Part shown: positions 11,606 through 24,936 of the stretch, piece after piece | Position numbering within the stretch: the first letter of the stretch is position 1 | How the letters are laid out: each line of letters begins with the position of its first letter | DNA from: Eledone cirrhosa | Taxonomy: Eukaryota | Direction: 5' to 3' | Assembly (NCBI GenBank): GCA_964016885.1 | Contig: OZ024747.1 | Coordinates: 4,774,001 to 4,838,000 of the forward strand | Length of the DNA: 64,000 bases | Notes under the pieces: generated by a model | What the model saw: the letters and a program-made list of their open reading frames with translations, nothing else | Told to the model about the DNA's origin: nothing | Database searches by the model: none | Translations under genes and position numbers: made by a program

Positions 11606-13255
11606 ATGGTGGTGGTGTGGTGTAGTGGTGGTGTGGTGGTGGTGATGTGGTGTTGGGGATTGTGATGGTGTGGTGTGGTGTGTTGTGGTGTGGTGTGGTG
11701 GTGGTGGTAGTGGTGGTGGTTGTGGCGTAGTGGAGGTGCTGTGGTGTGGTGGTGGTGGTGTGGTGGTGGTGGTGGAGTGGTGTGGTGTGGCGTATTGGTG
11801 GTTGTGATGGTGTGGTGTGGTGTGGCGTATTGGTGGTTGTGATGGTGTGGTGTGGTGTGGCGTATTGGTGGTTGTGATGGTGTGGTGTGGTGTGGCGTAT
11901 TGGTGGTTGTGATGGTGTGGTGTGGTGTGGCGTATTGGTGGTTGTGATCGTGTGGTGTGGCGTATTGGTGGTTGTGATGGTGTGGTGTGGCGTATTGGTG
12001 GTTGTGATGGTGTGGTGTGGTGTGGCGTATTGGTGGTTGTGATGGTGTGGTGTGGTGTGGTGTGGTGTGGTGGTGGTGATGTGGTGTTGGGGATTGTGAT
12101 GGTGTGGTGTGGTGTGTTGTGGTATGGTGTGGTGGTGGTGGTAGTGGTGGTGGTTGTGGTGGTGGTGGTAGTGGTGGTGGTTGTGGCGTAGTGGAGGTGC
12201 TGTGGTGTGGTGGTGGTGTGTGGTGGTGGTGGTGGAGTGGTGTGGTGTGGCGTATTGGTGGTTGTGTTGGTGTGGTGTGGTGTGGCGTATTGGTGTTGTG
12301 ATGGTATGGTGTGGTGTGGCGTAGTGGTGGTTGTGATGGTGTGGTGTGGCGTATTGGTGGTTGTGATGGTGTGGTGTGGTGTGGCGTAGTGTTGGTTGTG
12401 ATGGTGTGGTGTGGCGTATTGGTGGTTGTGATGGTGTGGTGTGGTGTGGCGTATTGGTGGTTGTGATGGTGTGTGTGGTGTGGTGTATTGGTGGTTGTGA
12501 TGGTGTGGTGTGGCGTAGTGGTGATTGTGATGGTGTGGTGTGGCGTATTGGTGGTTGTGATGGTGTGGTGTGGTGTGCGTAGTGTTGGTTGTGATGGTGT
12601 GGTGTGGCGTATTGGTGGTTGTGATGGTGTGGTGTGGTGTGGCGTATTGGTGGTTGTGATGGGTGTGGTGTGGTGTGGTGTGGTGTATTGGGTGGTTGTG
12701 ATGGTGTGGTGTGGTGTGGCGTAGTGGTGGTTGTGATGGTGTGGTGTGGTGTGGCGTATTGGTGGTTGTGATGGTGTGGTGTGGTGTGGCGTAGTGGTGG
12801 TTGTGATGGTGTGGTGTGGTGTGGCGTATTGGTGGTTGTGATGGTGTGGTGTGGTGTGGCGTATTGGTGGTTGTGATGGTGTGGTGTGTGTGGCGTATTG
12901 GTGGTTGTGATGGTGTGGTGTGGCGTATTGGTGGTTGTGATGGTGTGGAGTGGTGTGGCGTATTGGTGGTTGTGATGGTGTGGTGTGGTGTGGCGTATTG
13001 GTGGTTGTGATGGTGTGGTGTGGTGTGGCGTATTGGTGGTTGTGATGGTGTGGTGTGGCGTATTGGTGGTTGTGATCGTGTGGTGTGACGTATTGGTGGT
13101 TGTGATGGTGGTGGTGGTGGTGGTCTTTTGGTGGTGGTGGTAGTGGTGGTGATGGTGATAAAGGTGGTTATGGTGGTGTTGATGTTCATGGTGGTGGTGG
13201 TGGTGTTGATGTCTATGGTGCTGTTATTGATAGTGATGATGATGATGGTGTGACA
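11606..13255. repeat. GTG-rich minisatellite (~31-36 bp unit GTGGTGTGGCGTATTGGTGGTTGTGATG)
   Basis: Direct tandem repetition. Confidence 0.9.
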
Positions 13256-13479
13256 TGAAGAGGTCATTATTGCTGAATGTTAATTAGAATGGCTCTACTG
13301 CTTCTGCTGTTGCTGCTGGTGCTGCTGTTGCTGCTAATGATGATGATGATGTAGTTATAGACATATTGACAGTTCTGTGGTGGCGGTGGTGGCGGTGGTG
13401 GCGTTGGTAGTGATGGCGGCAGTAGCGGTGATAGTGAGGTGGTGGTGGTATTGATAGTAGCGGTGATAGTATATGAGTG

Positions 13480-16400
13480 GTGGTATTAGTGGTGATATTA
13501 GTGGTGGCAGTGGTGGTGGTGATGGTGGTGGTGGTGGTGGTGATGGTAGTGGTGGTGGTGGTGATGGTAGTGGTGGTGGTGTCGGTGGTGGTAGTGGTGG
13601 TATTAGTGTGGTATGAGTGGTAGTATGAGTGGTAGTATTAGTGGAAGTATTAGTGGAAGTATTAGTGGGTGGTATTAGTGGTGGTATTAGTGGTAGTATT
13701 AGTGGTAGCATTAGTGGTGGTATTAGTGGTGGTATTAGTGGTAGTATTAGTGGTGGTATGAGTGGTGGTATTAGTGGTAGCATTAGTGGTGGTATTAGTG
13801 GAAGTATTAGTGGTAGTATTAGTGGTGGTATGAGTGGTGGTATTAGTGGTGGTATTAGTGGTAGTATTAGTGGTAGTATTAGTGGAAGTATTAGTGGTAG
13901 TATTAGTGGTAGTATTAGTGGAAGTATTAGTGGTAGTATTAGTGGTGGTATTAGTGGTAGTATTAGTGGAAGTATTAGTGGTAGTATTAGTGGAAGTATT
14001 AGTGGTAGTATTAGTGGTGGTATTAGTGGTGGTATTAGTGGTAGTATTAGTGGTAGTATTAGTGGTGGTATTAGTGGTGGTATTAGTGGTAGTATTAGTG
14101 GTAGTATTAGTGGTAGTATTAGTGGTAGTATTAGTGGTAGTATTAGTGGAAGTATTAGTGGTAGTATTAGTGGAAGTATTAGTGGTAGTATTAGTGGAAG
14201 TATTAGTGGTAGTATTAGTGGTGGTATTAGTGGTGGTATTAGTGGTAGTATTAGTGGTAGTATTAGTGGTGGTATTAGTGGTGGTATTAGTGGTAGTATT
14301 AGTGGTGGTATTAGTGGTGGTATTAGTGGTAGTATTAGTGGTAGTATTAGTGGAAGTATTAGTGGTGGTATTAGTGGTAGTATTAGTGGTGGTATTAGTG
14401 GTGGTATTAGTGGAAGTATTAGTGGTGGTATTAGTGGTGGTATTAGTGGTAGTATTAGTGGTAGTATTAGTGGTAGTATTAGTGGAAGTATTAGTGGTGG
14501 TATTAGTGGTGGTATTAGTGGTAGTATTAGTGGTAGTATTAGTGGTAGTATTAGTGGTAGTATTAGTGGTAGTATTAGTGGTAGTATTAGTGGTAGTATT
14601 AGTGGTGGTATTAGTGGTGGTATTAGTGGTAGTATTAGTGGTAGTATTAGTGGTAGTATTAGTGGTGGTATTAGTGGTGGTATTAGTGGAAGTATTAGTG
14701 GAAGTATTAGTGGAAGTATTAGTGGTGGTATTAGTGGTGGTATTAGTGGTAGTATTAGTGGTAGTATTAGTGGTAGTATTAGTGGTAGTATTAGTGGAAG
14801 TATTAGTGGTAGTATTAGTGGTAGTATTAGTGGAAGTATTAGTGGTAGTATTAGTGGAAGTATTAGTGGTAGTATTAGTGGTGGTATTAGTGGTGGTATT
14901 AGTGGTAGTATTAGTGGTAGTATTAGTGGAAGTATTAGTGGTAGTATTAGTGGTAGTATTAGTGGTAGTATTTGTGGTAGTATTAGTGGAAGTATTAGTG
15001 GTAGTATTAGTGGTAGTATTAGTGGTAGTATTTGTGGTAGTATTAGTGGAAGTATTAGTGGTAGTATTAGTGGAAGTATTAGTGGTAGTATTAGTGGTGG
15101 TATTAGTGGTGGTATTAGTGGTAGTATTAGTGGTAGTATTAGTGGTGGTATTAGTGGTGGTATTAGTGGTAGTATTAGTGGTGGTATTAGTGGTGGTATT
15201 AGTGGTAGTATTAGTGGTAGTATTTGTGGTAGTATTAGTGGAAGTATTAGTGGTAGTATTAGTGGAAGTATTAGTGGTAGTATTAGTGGTGGTATTAGTG
15301 GTGGTATTAGTGGTAGTATTAGTGGTAGTATTTGTGGTAGTATTAGTGGAAGTATTAGTGGTAGTATTAGTGGTAGTATTTGTGGTAGTATTAGTGGAAG
15401 TATTAGTGGTAGTATTAGTGGTAGTATTAGTGGTGGTATTAGTGGTGGTATTAGTGGTAGTATTAGTGGTAGTATTTGTGGTAGTATTAGTGGAAGTATT
15501 AGTGGTAGTATTAGTGGAAGTATTAGTGGTAGTATTAGTGGTAGTATTAGTGGAAGTATTAGTGGAAGTATTAGTGGTAGTATTAGTGGAAGTATTAGTG
15601 GAAGTATTAGTGGTAGTATTAGTGGAAGTATTAGTGGTAGTATTAGTGGTAGTATTAGTGGAAGTATTAGTGGAAGTATTAGTGGTAGTATTAGTGGAAG
15701 TATTAGTGGAAGTATTAGTGGTAGTATTAGTGGAAGTATTAGTGGAAGTATTAGTGGTAGTATTAGTGGTAGTATTAGTGGTAGTATTAGTGGAAGTATT
15801 AGTGGAAGTATTAGTGGTAGTATTAGTGGAAGTATTAGTGGAAGTATTAGTGGTAGTATTAGTGGTGGTATTAGTGGTAGTATTAGTGGTAGTATTAGTG
15901 GTAGTATTAGTGGTAGTATTAGTGGTAGTATTAGTGGAAGTATTAGTGGAAGTATTAGTGGAAGTATTAGTGGAAGTATTAGTGGAAGTATTAGTGGTAG
16001 TATTAGTGGTGGTATTAGTGGTGGTATTAGTGGTAGTATTAGTGGTAGTATTAGTGGTAGTATTAGTGGAAGTATTAGTGGAAGTATTAGTGGTAGTATT
16101 AGTGGAAGTATTAGTGGAAGTATTAGTGGAGTATTAGTGGAAGTATTAGTGGTAGTATTAGTGGTAGTATTAGTGGAAGTATTAGTGGAAGTATTAGTGG
16201 TAGTATTAGTGGAAGTATTAGTGGGAAGTATTAGTGGTAGTATTAGTGGAAGTATTAGTGGAAGTATTAGTGGTAGTATTAGTGGTAGTATTAGTGGTAG
16301 TATTAGTGGAAGTATTAGTGGAAGTATTAGTGGTAGTATTAGTGGAAGTATTAGTGGAAGTATTAGTGGTAGTATAGTGGTGGTATTAGTGGGTAGTATT

Positions 16401-16603
16401 AGTGGTAGTATTAGTGGTTAGTATTAGTGGTAGTATTAGTGGTAGTATTAGTGGAAGTATTAGTGGAAGTATTAGTGGAAGTATTAGTGGAAGTATTAGT
16501 GGAAGTATTAGTGGTAGTATTAGTGGTGGTATTAGTGGTGGTATTAGTGGTAGTATTAGTGGTAGTATTAGTGTAGTATTAGTGGTGGTATTAGTGGTAG
16601 TAG
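13480..16603. repeat. 12-bp satellite (AGTATTAGTGGT with GGT/GGA/TGT variants), ~250 units
   Basis: Direct. Source of the poly-GSIS and poly-VVVL ORFs. Confidence 0.96.
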
Positions 16604-16707
16604 TGTCCGTTCATTCCTGTAGTCCCTGATGACTGATAATTAAAGTATAATCAACAGAAGGGAGCGGCGTCTGAAATCGTGACGTTGGTGATAATATTAA
16701 GAGTGAT

Positions 16708-17400
16708 AGTGGTGGTGGTGGTGGTGGTGGTGTAGTGGTGTGTAGTAGGGTGTGGTGTAGTGTAGTGTGGTGTGGCGTGGTATAGTATGGTGTAGTGTAG
16801 TGTGGTGTAGTGTGGTGTGTTATAGTGTAGTGTGGTATAGTATGGTGTGGTGTAGTGTAGTGTGGGTAGTAGTGTGGTGTGGTGTAGTGTAGTGTGGTGT
16901 GGTGTGGCGTGGTATAGTATGGTGTAGTGTAGTGTGGTGTAGTGTGGTGTGTTATAGTGTAGTGTGGTATAGTATGGTGTGGTGTAGTGTAGGTGTGTGT
17001 AGTGTGGTGTGGTGTGGTGTGGTGTGGTGTGGTGTAGTGTAGTGTGGTGTAGTGTGGTGTAGTGGTGTGGTGTAGTGTAGTGTGTGTGTGTGGTGGTGTA
17101 GTGTGTGTGGTGTAGTGTGGTGTAGGTGTAGTGTAGTGTGGTGTAGTATGGTGTGTGTGTAGTTGTAGTGTGGGTGTAGTGTGGTGTGGTGTGGTGTGGT
17201 GTGGTGTGGTGTAGTGTAGTGTGGTGGTAGTGTGGTGTGGGTGTGGTGTGGTGTAGTGTAGTGTGGTGTAGTGTGGTGTGGTGTGGTGTAGTGTAGTGTG
17301 GTGTAGTGTGAGTGAGTGTAGTGTAGTGTGGTATGGTTTGGTGTGGTGTAGCGTGGTGTGTGGTGTAGTGTTGTGTGGTGTGGTGTGTATAGTGCAGTGT
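16708..17400. repeat. (GTGTA/GTGTG)n pentanucleotide repeat
   Basis: Direct. Confidence 0.88.
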
Positions 17401-17637
17401 ATAGTGAAAGTAACACTAGTGGATGGAGTGGAATAAGTGCTGAGTGCAGCAGAGGAGAGAAAATGTTTGTGGCGGAAGGGGTTGGGTGGTGGTTGGGCGA
17501 GGAGTCGTGGGCAAGGGGTGGTGTGGTGGTGGTATGGGGTGGGGTGGTGGTGAGGTGGGGGGGGGGGCGAGGTGGTGGTCTGTGGTTGATACTTGAGATG
17601 TCAGAAAATGACAGCAATGGCAGAATTAATAATAGAT

Positions 17638-18407
17638 TATGATAATGATGATAATAATGATGGTGATGATAGTGATGGTGGTGGTGATGGAGATGAGGAT
17701 GATGGTGATCATGATCAGAATGATAATGACGATGATGGTGATGGTGGCGGTAATGATGATGATGGTGATGATGGTGGCAATGATGATTGATGGTGATGGT
17801 GGAGGTAATGATGATGATGGTGATGGTGGAGGTAATGATGATGATGGTGATGGTGGAGGTAATGATGATGATGGTGATGGTGGAGGTAATGATGATGATG
17901 GTGATGGTGGAGGTAATCGTGATGATGGTGATGGTGGTGGTAATGATGATGATGGTGATTTTCTTAAACAATAATAATAGTAATAATAATTTCTCACATT
18001 CGAATAGAAACAATATGTTGAAGAAAGGAATGTAATACAGATGATGGTGGTTGGTGGGGGTGGGGGTGGGGGTGATGGTGGGGGTGATGGTGGGGGTGAT
18101 AGTGGGGGTGATGGCGGGGGTGATGGTGGGGGTGATGGTGGGGGTGATGGTGATGGTGGGGGTGTTGGTGATGGTGATGGTGATGGTGGTGTGATGATAG
18201 TGACGGTGATGTGGTGGTGGGTGATGGTGGTAGTGATGGTGAGGGTGATGATGGTGATGGTGATGGTGGTGATGGTGGTAGTGATGGTGATAGTGAGGGT
18301 GATGGTGAGGGTGGTGATGGTGATGGTGGTAGTGGTGATGGTGGTAGTGATGGTGGTAGTGATGGTGGTGGTGGTGGTAGTGATGGTGGTAGTGATGGTG
18401 ATGATGG
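17638..18407. repeat. GAT/GGT trinucleotide low-complexity repeats
   Basis: Direct, including a 27-bp unit at 17790-17955. Confidence 0.85.
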
Positions 18408-18487
18408 ATTCTTTCATTGTAATGTTAATGATAACTATAACGATCAAAGGAGGGAGAAGGGGAGAGTGAAATATTCTTCTATGGTTA

Positions 18488-18515
18488 CACACCACCACCA
18501 CGCTCTACCACCAGC

Positions 18516-18546
<31 letters not shown>

Positions 18547-18608
18547 CCACCACCACCACCACCACCACCACCACCACCACCACCATCACCACCATCACCA
18601 CCACCACC

Positions 18609-18639
<31 letters not shown>

Positions 18640-18900
18640 CCACCACCACCACCACCACCACCAGCACCACCATCACCACCACCACTACTACCACTAGCAC
18701 CACCACCACCACCACCACCACCACCACCACCACCACCACCACCACCACCACCACCAACACCAGCACCAGCACACCACCACCACCACCAGCACCACCAGCA
18801 CACCAGCACCACCACACCACACCACCATCACCACCACCACTACTACCACTAGCACACCAGCACCACCACCACCACCACCACCACACCACCACCACCGCAC

Positions 18901-18931
<31 letters not shown>

Positions 18932-18986
18932 CCACCACACCACCACCACCACCACCACCACCACCAGCACCACCACCACCACCACC

Positions 18987-19017
<31 letters not shown>

Positions 19018-19064
19018 GCACCAGCACCACCACCAGCACCACCACCACCACCACCACCAGCACC

Positions 19065-19095
<31 letters not shown>

Positions 19096-19112
19096 CCACC
19101 ACCAGCACCACC

Positions 19113-19143
<31 letters not shown>

Positions 19144-19179
19144 GCACCACCACCACCCACCACCACCACCACCACCACC

Positions 19180-19210
<31 letters not shown>

Positions 19211-19253
19211 CCACCACCACCACCACCACCACCACCACCATCACCACCACCAC
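18488..19253. repeat. (CAC)n repeat
   Basis: Direct. Confidence 0.92.
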
Positions 19254-19333
19254 TCGATCAATTTTATTCATTTATTTATTTAGACATTTAAATTTATTTC
19301 TTACGGCACCTTCCTTCTGTTTTGGCGTTAGAA

Positions 19334-20645
19334 GGTGGTGAGGTGGTGTGGTGGTGTGGTGGTGGTGTGGTGGTGTGGTGGTGTGGTGGTGTGTGGTGTG
19401 GTGGTGAGGTGGTGAGGTGGTGTGGTGGTGTGGTGGTGAGTAAGTGGTGAGGTGGTATGGTGGTGTGGTGGTGTGGTGGTGTGGTGGTGTGGTGGTGAGG
19501 TAGTGAGGTGGTGTGGTGGTGTGGTGGTGTGGTGGTGTGGTGGAGTTGTGGTGTGGTGGTGTGTGGTGGTGTGGTGGGTGTGGTGGTGTGGTGGAGTGTG
19601 GTGAGGTGTGGTGGTGTGGTTGGTGTGGTGGCGTGGTGGTGAGGTGGTGTGGTGGTGTGGTGGTGTGGTGGTATGGTGGTGTGGTGGTGTGGTGGTGTGG
19701 TGGTGAGGTGGTGTGGTGGTATGGTGGTGTGGTGGTATGGTGGTGAGCTGGTGTGGTGGTGTGGTGGTGTGGTAGTGTGGTGGTATGGTGGTGTGGTGGT
19801 AGGTGGTGGGGTGGTGTGTGTGGTGTGGTAGTGTGGTGTGTGGTGGTGTGGTGGTATGGTGGTGTGTGGTATAGGTGGGTGTGGTGTGGGTGGTGGGTGG
19901 TGGTGGTGTGGTGGTGTGGTGGTGTGGTGGTATGGTGGTGTGTGGAGTGGTGGTGGTGGTGTGGTGTGTGGTGTGTGTGGTGGTGGTGGTGTGGTGGTAG
20001 TGGTGTGTGGTGGTAGGTGGTGGTGGTGGTATGGTGGTGGGGTGTGTGGTGGTGTGGTGTGTGGTGGTGGTAGTGTGGTGGTGTGGTGGTGGTGTGGTGG
20101 TGGTGTGGTGGTAGTGGTGGTGTGGTGGTGTGGTGTGTGGTGTGTGGTGGTGTGTGTGTGGTGGTGTGGTGGTGTGGTGGTGTGGTGGTGTGTGGTGGTA
20201 TGGTGGTATGGTGGTGTGGTGGTGTGGTGGTGTGGTGGTGTGGTGGTATGGTGGTATGGTGGTGGGGTGGTGTGGTGGTGTGGTGGTGTGGTGGTATGGT
20301 GGTGTGGTGGTATGTGGTGTGGTGGTGTGGTGGTGAGGTGGTGTGGTGGTGTGTGGTGTAGGTGGTATGGTGGTTGGTGGTGTGGTGGTGTGGTGGTGTG
20401 GTGGTATGGTGGTATGGTGGTGGGTGGTGTGGTGGTGTGGTAGTGTGGTGGTGTGGGGGTGGTGGTTGGTGGTATGGTGGTGGGGTGGTGTGGTGGTGTG
20501 GGGGTGTGGTTGTGGTGGTGTGGTGGTATGTGTGGTGTTGGGTGGTGGTGGTGTGGTGGTGTGGTAGTGTGGTGGTGTGGTGGTATGGTGTGTGGTGGTT
20601 GTGGTGGTGTGGTGGTGTGGTGGTTGTGGTGGTATGGTGTTGTGA
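19334..20645. repeat. (GTGGTGGT)n-like G/T-rich repeat
   Basis: Direct. Confidence 0.9.
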
Positions 20646-21276
20646 TATGGTGTATCTGTCGGTCAGTCAGTAGTCCTAGTATTGCTGGTGGTGTGACGTC
20701 AGGCTGGCGGAAGTGCTATTCCGATAACTCCACCCTCTATTGCCTCCCTCACATAACCTCCTGCCATTCAACCTTTCTATGGTAATAACAGTACTTTGTG
20801 GGTCGCTGATGAAAGTGGGGAAGCAGGGCAGTGAAAGAATTTATGTGATAAGGGGAATGAAGATGATGACGATGGTCATGTTTATGATGATGATGATAAT
20901 AGCGATGAAGATGACTGTCTAATGATCAGGACTACTATAATTATAACTATAATAAATATGAGAGGATGGTGAAGGTGATGATGTTGGAAGGATAGGGATG
21001 TTAATAACAATGAAGGGGAATATGGTGAGGGTAAAGGTTGCAGAGATATTGGCGAGGAAGAATACGTCTTCTTGAAGAGGAATAACGCCATGGAAATCGG
21101 AAATATGCGGAGACTGCCCGGAAATAGGTACACAGGGACATTCGTGCCTTTCTTTGGACATGAGTCTAACTAAAAATAAATGAAAATAAATTAGACTCTA
21201 ACGGGTGTCTTAACTGGGTTATGCATGTGAAGGGCAGTGGATCTATAAGAGAAGAGAATCTTACATGTATATTTCT

Positions 21277-21353
21277 GAAGAAGAAGAAGAAGAAGAAGAA
21301 GAAGAAGAAGAAGAAGAAGAAGAAGAAGAAGAAGAAGAAGAAGAAGAAGAAGA
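21277..21353. repeat. (GAA)n microsatellite
   Basis: Direct. Confidence 0.95.
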
Positions 21354-21935
21354 AAATGGGCTGTGCCCCTATGGTCTCTCTAGTTCTAGTTTTATGTCAA
21401 AATCCTGAAATAGACAGCTGTAATAGACAGTGTGTACGCAGTTGTGTACAAGTATATGATGATTATATATAACTTATACGTACATAGTAGAGAGTACTCA
21501 ATGCTAAATCATCTGAAATTATACATTCTTGATATATCTCTAATATGAACGGAACATGTCCGTAGCTAACACTGTCTCTACTTACAAAATTCTTTCTTCT
21601 TTTCAAAGAAAGCTTGAAAAAGCAATTCTTCACTGGTGAGCTCTAATATGAACGAAACATGTCTGTAGCTTACACTTTGATTGCTAACAAGTATTCTATT
21701 TCTCCCTATAGCATGCAAATTCAATTTTCTGTGAAATTAGTTCTTAATTTCTGAAAATTACCAAACCTTTTACTTGCGATACTCTAACAATTAATTGCAA
21801 TTTGTTTTCTTTCTCCAGCTAAAGGGGAAATTTCAGTTTAGAGAGAATTGTTTTGTGTACGTCAGTCGGTACATCACCATGGCTCGAATTTCTTCAGCAA
21901 GTGTCTGATCAAATTGAAAACTGATCGAACATATT

Positions 21936-22123
21936 GGAATGTCATTGCAGTATCGGTAGAGGGTCGGACGCCATGCTTTCCAACATAGTTACGTCCCTTT
22001 ACGATCTGAGTTCAAATCCCGCCGAGGTTGACTTTGCCTTTCATCCTTACGGGGTCGATAAAATAAAGTACCAGTAATGCACTGGAGTAATTGCTGGCCT
22101 TGTGCCAAAAGTAGAAACAATTA
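21936..22123 (+). mobile_element. tRNA-derived SINE (central domain resembling the Meta/MESC domain)
   Basis: A-box-like GCAGTATCGGTAGAG, B box GAGTTCAAATCCC, core GCCTTTCATCCTTACGGGGTCGATAAAATAAAGTACCAG and tail AGTAGAAACAATTA. More than 12 copies in the window. Confidence 0.85.
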
Positions 22124-22313
22124 TCATATACAAAATACAGTAAATATATATGGCCTCGTGAAATTGTCATATTGGAACACCGTCCCCCGACAAAGGAAAG
22201 GAAAGGAGTAGAGAGGATGTGAGAGGAAAGGAAAGAAGAGGAAAGGAAAGACGAGGAAAGGAGAGGAGAGAAAAGGAAAGAAAGAAGAGGATTAGAATTA
22301 TAAACAAGAATGT

Positions 22314-22376
<63 letters not shown>

Positions 22377-22402
22377 CAGCAGCAGCAGTAGTGGCAGTAG
22401 TG

Positions 22403-22445
<43 letters not shown>

Positions 22446-23822
22446 CAGCAGCATGAGTGGCAGTAGTAGTAGTAGTAGTAGGAGCAGCAGCAGTAGTAGC
22501 AATTAATAATAGTATGAAATAACAACAACAACAACAACAACAACAACAACCACCACCACCACCACCACCACCACCACAACAACAACAACAACCACCACCA
22601 CAACAACAACCACCACCACCACCACCACCACCACCACCACCACAACAACAACAACCACCACCACAACAACAACAATCACCACCACCACCACAACAACAAC
22701 AACCACCACAACAACAACAATCACCACCACCACCACAACAACCACCACCACCACCACCACAACAACCACCACCACCACAACAACAACAACAACCACCACC
22801 ACCACCACAACAAGCACCACCACCACCACAACAACAACAACAACCACCACAACCACCACCACCACCACCACGACAACAACCACCACCACCACCACAACAA
22901 CAACCACCACAACCACCACCACAACAATCACCACCACCACCACAACAACAACAACCACCACCACCACCACCACCACCACAACAACAACCACCACCACCAC
23001 CACCACCACCACAACAACAACCACCACCACCTCCACCACCACCACAACAACAACCACCACCACCACCACCACCACCACCACAACAACAACAACCACCACA
23101 ACCACCACCACCACCACCACAACAACAACCACCACCACCACCACAACAACAACCACCACAACCACCACCACAACAATCACCACCACCACCACAACAACAA
23201 CAACCACCACCACCACCACCACCACCACAACAACAACAACCACCACCACAACAACAACAATCACCACCACCACCACAACAACAACAACCACCACAACAAC
23301 AACAATCACCACCACCACCACAACAACCACCACCACCACCACCACAACAACCACCACCACCACAACAACAACAACAACCACCACCACCACCACAACAAGC
23401 ACCACCACCACCACAACAACAACAACAACCACCACAACCACCACCACCACCACCACGACAACAACCACCACCACCACCACAACAACAACCACCACAACCA
23501 CCACCACAACAATCACCACCACCACCACAACAACAACAACCACCACCACCACCACCACCACCACAACAACAACCACCACCACCACCACCACCACCACAAC
23601 AACAACCACCACCACCTCCACCACCACCACAACAACAACCACCACCACCACCACCACCACCACCACAACAACAACAACCACCACAACCACCACCACCACC
23701 ACCACAACAACAACCACCACCACCACCACAACAACAACCACCACAACCACCACCACAACAATCACCACCACCACCACAACAACAACAACCACCACCACCA
23801 CCACCACCACCACAACAACAAC
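22314..23822. repeat. (AGT)n followed by a CAA/CAC compound repeat containing a 585-bp tandem duplication
   Basis: Identical ORF translations are offset by 585 bp (22721 vs 23306; 22928 vs 23513). Confidence 0.9.
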
Positions 23823-23964
23823 TAATAATGAAATAAAACACAATAACAATAATACTTAAAATAAAGATGAAATATAAAAGCTATAAACATTTCTAAATGA
23901 AATTTTCCTCTTTTATAGAATTTTTTCAGTGAATTCTTCAACTTAACTGAGGAAATAAAATATA

Positions 23965-24148
23965 ATGATAACGATGTTGATGATGATGATGGTGGTGGTG
24001 GTGGTGGTGGTGGTGGTGGTGGTGGTGGTGGTGGTGGTGGTGGTGGTGGTGGTGGTGGCTGCAGTGGTGGTGCTGGTGGTGGTGGTACTGGTGGTGGTGC
24101 TGGTGCTGGTGGCAGTGGTGGTGGTGGTGGTGGTGGTGGTGGTGGTGG

Positions 24149-24179
<31 letters not shown>

Positions 24180-24286
24180 GCTGGTGCTGGTGCTGGTGGT
24201 GGTGGTGCTGGTGGTGGTGGTGGTGCTGGTGGTGCTGGTGGTGGTGGCAGTGGTGGTGGTGCTGGTGGTGGTGGTACTGGTGGTGG

Positions 24287-24317
<31 letters not shown>

Positions 24318-24530
24318 GGTGGTGGTGGTGATGATGATGATGATGGTGGTGGTGGAGATGGTGGTGGTGGTGATGGTGATAAAATGATGATAATCATGAT
24401 GGTGATGATGATAATGATAATGATGATGATGATGACAATAATAATGATGACGATCTTAATAATGACGATGATGATGATGATGATGTGGATGATGATGGTG
24501 GTGGTTATGGTGATGATGATGATGATAAAT
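23965..24530. repeat. (GGT)n/(GAT)n repeats
   Basis: Direct. Confidence 0.9.
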
Positions 24531-24936
24531 AAAATGATAATGCTGATAATTTTTAATGTGCTTCCGAAAATGCAAGATAGAGGGCGCGGATGACAATATT
24601 TAACTGAAGCAGCAGAAAGAATGGTTTAAACTATAAAAATGATGACAACATTAAAAATGACAGCAATAACTACTTCAACAACAACAACAACAACAATATC
24701 ATCTTCAACAACAATAACAACAACAATATCCGCAACAATAACAACAACAACGTCCACAATAACAACAACAACCACAATAACAACAGTAACAACAACAACC
24801 ACAATAACAACAGTAACGACAACAACAATAACAACAACAACAATAAAGACAGCAGTAACAACAACATCAACTTTAACAATAACAACAACAAGAAGTGTAG
24901 CAGCAGATATATTAACAATTGCAGCAGCTGTGCAAT

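Noticed and set aside
13629-16421. 930-aa (GSIS)n ORF resembling a structural protein
   Set aside because: Product of a 12-bp satellite that is open in two frames, with indels at its ends and no unique coding flanks.
16626-16680. Isolated CTGATGA hits (also 37750 and 51460)
   Set aside because: No stem II followed by GAAA in the correct geometry.
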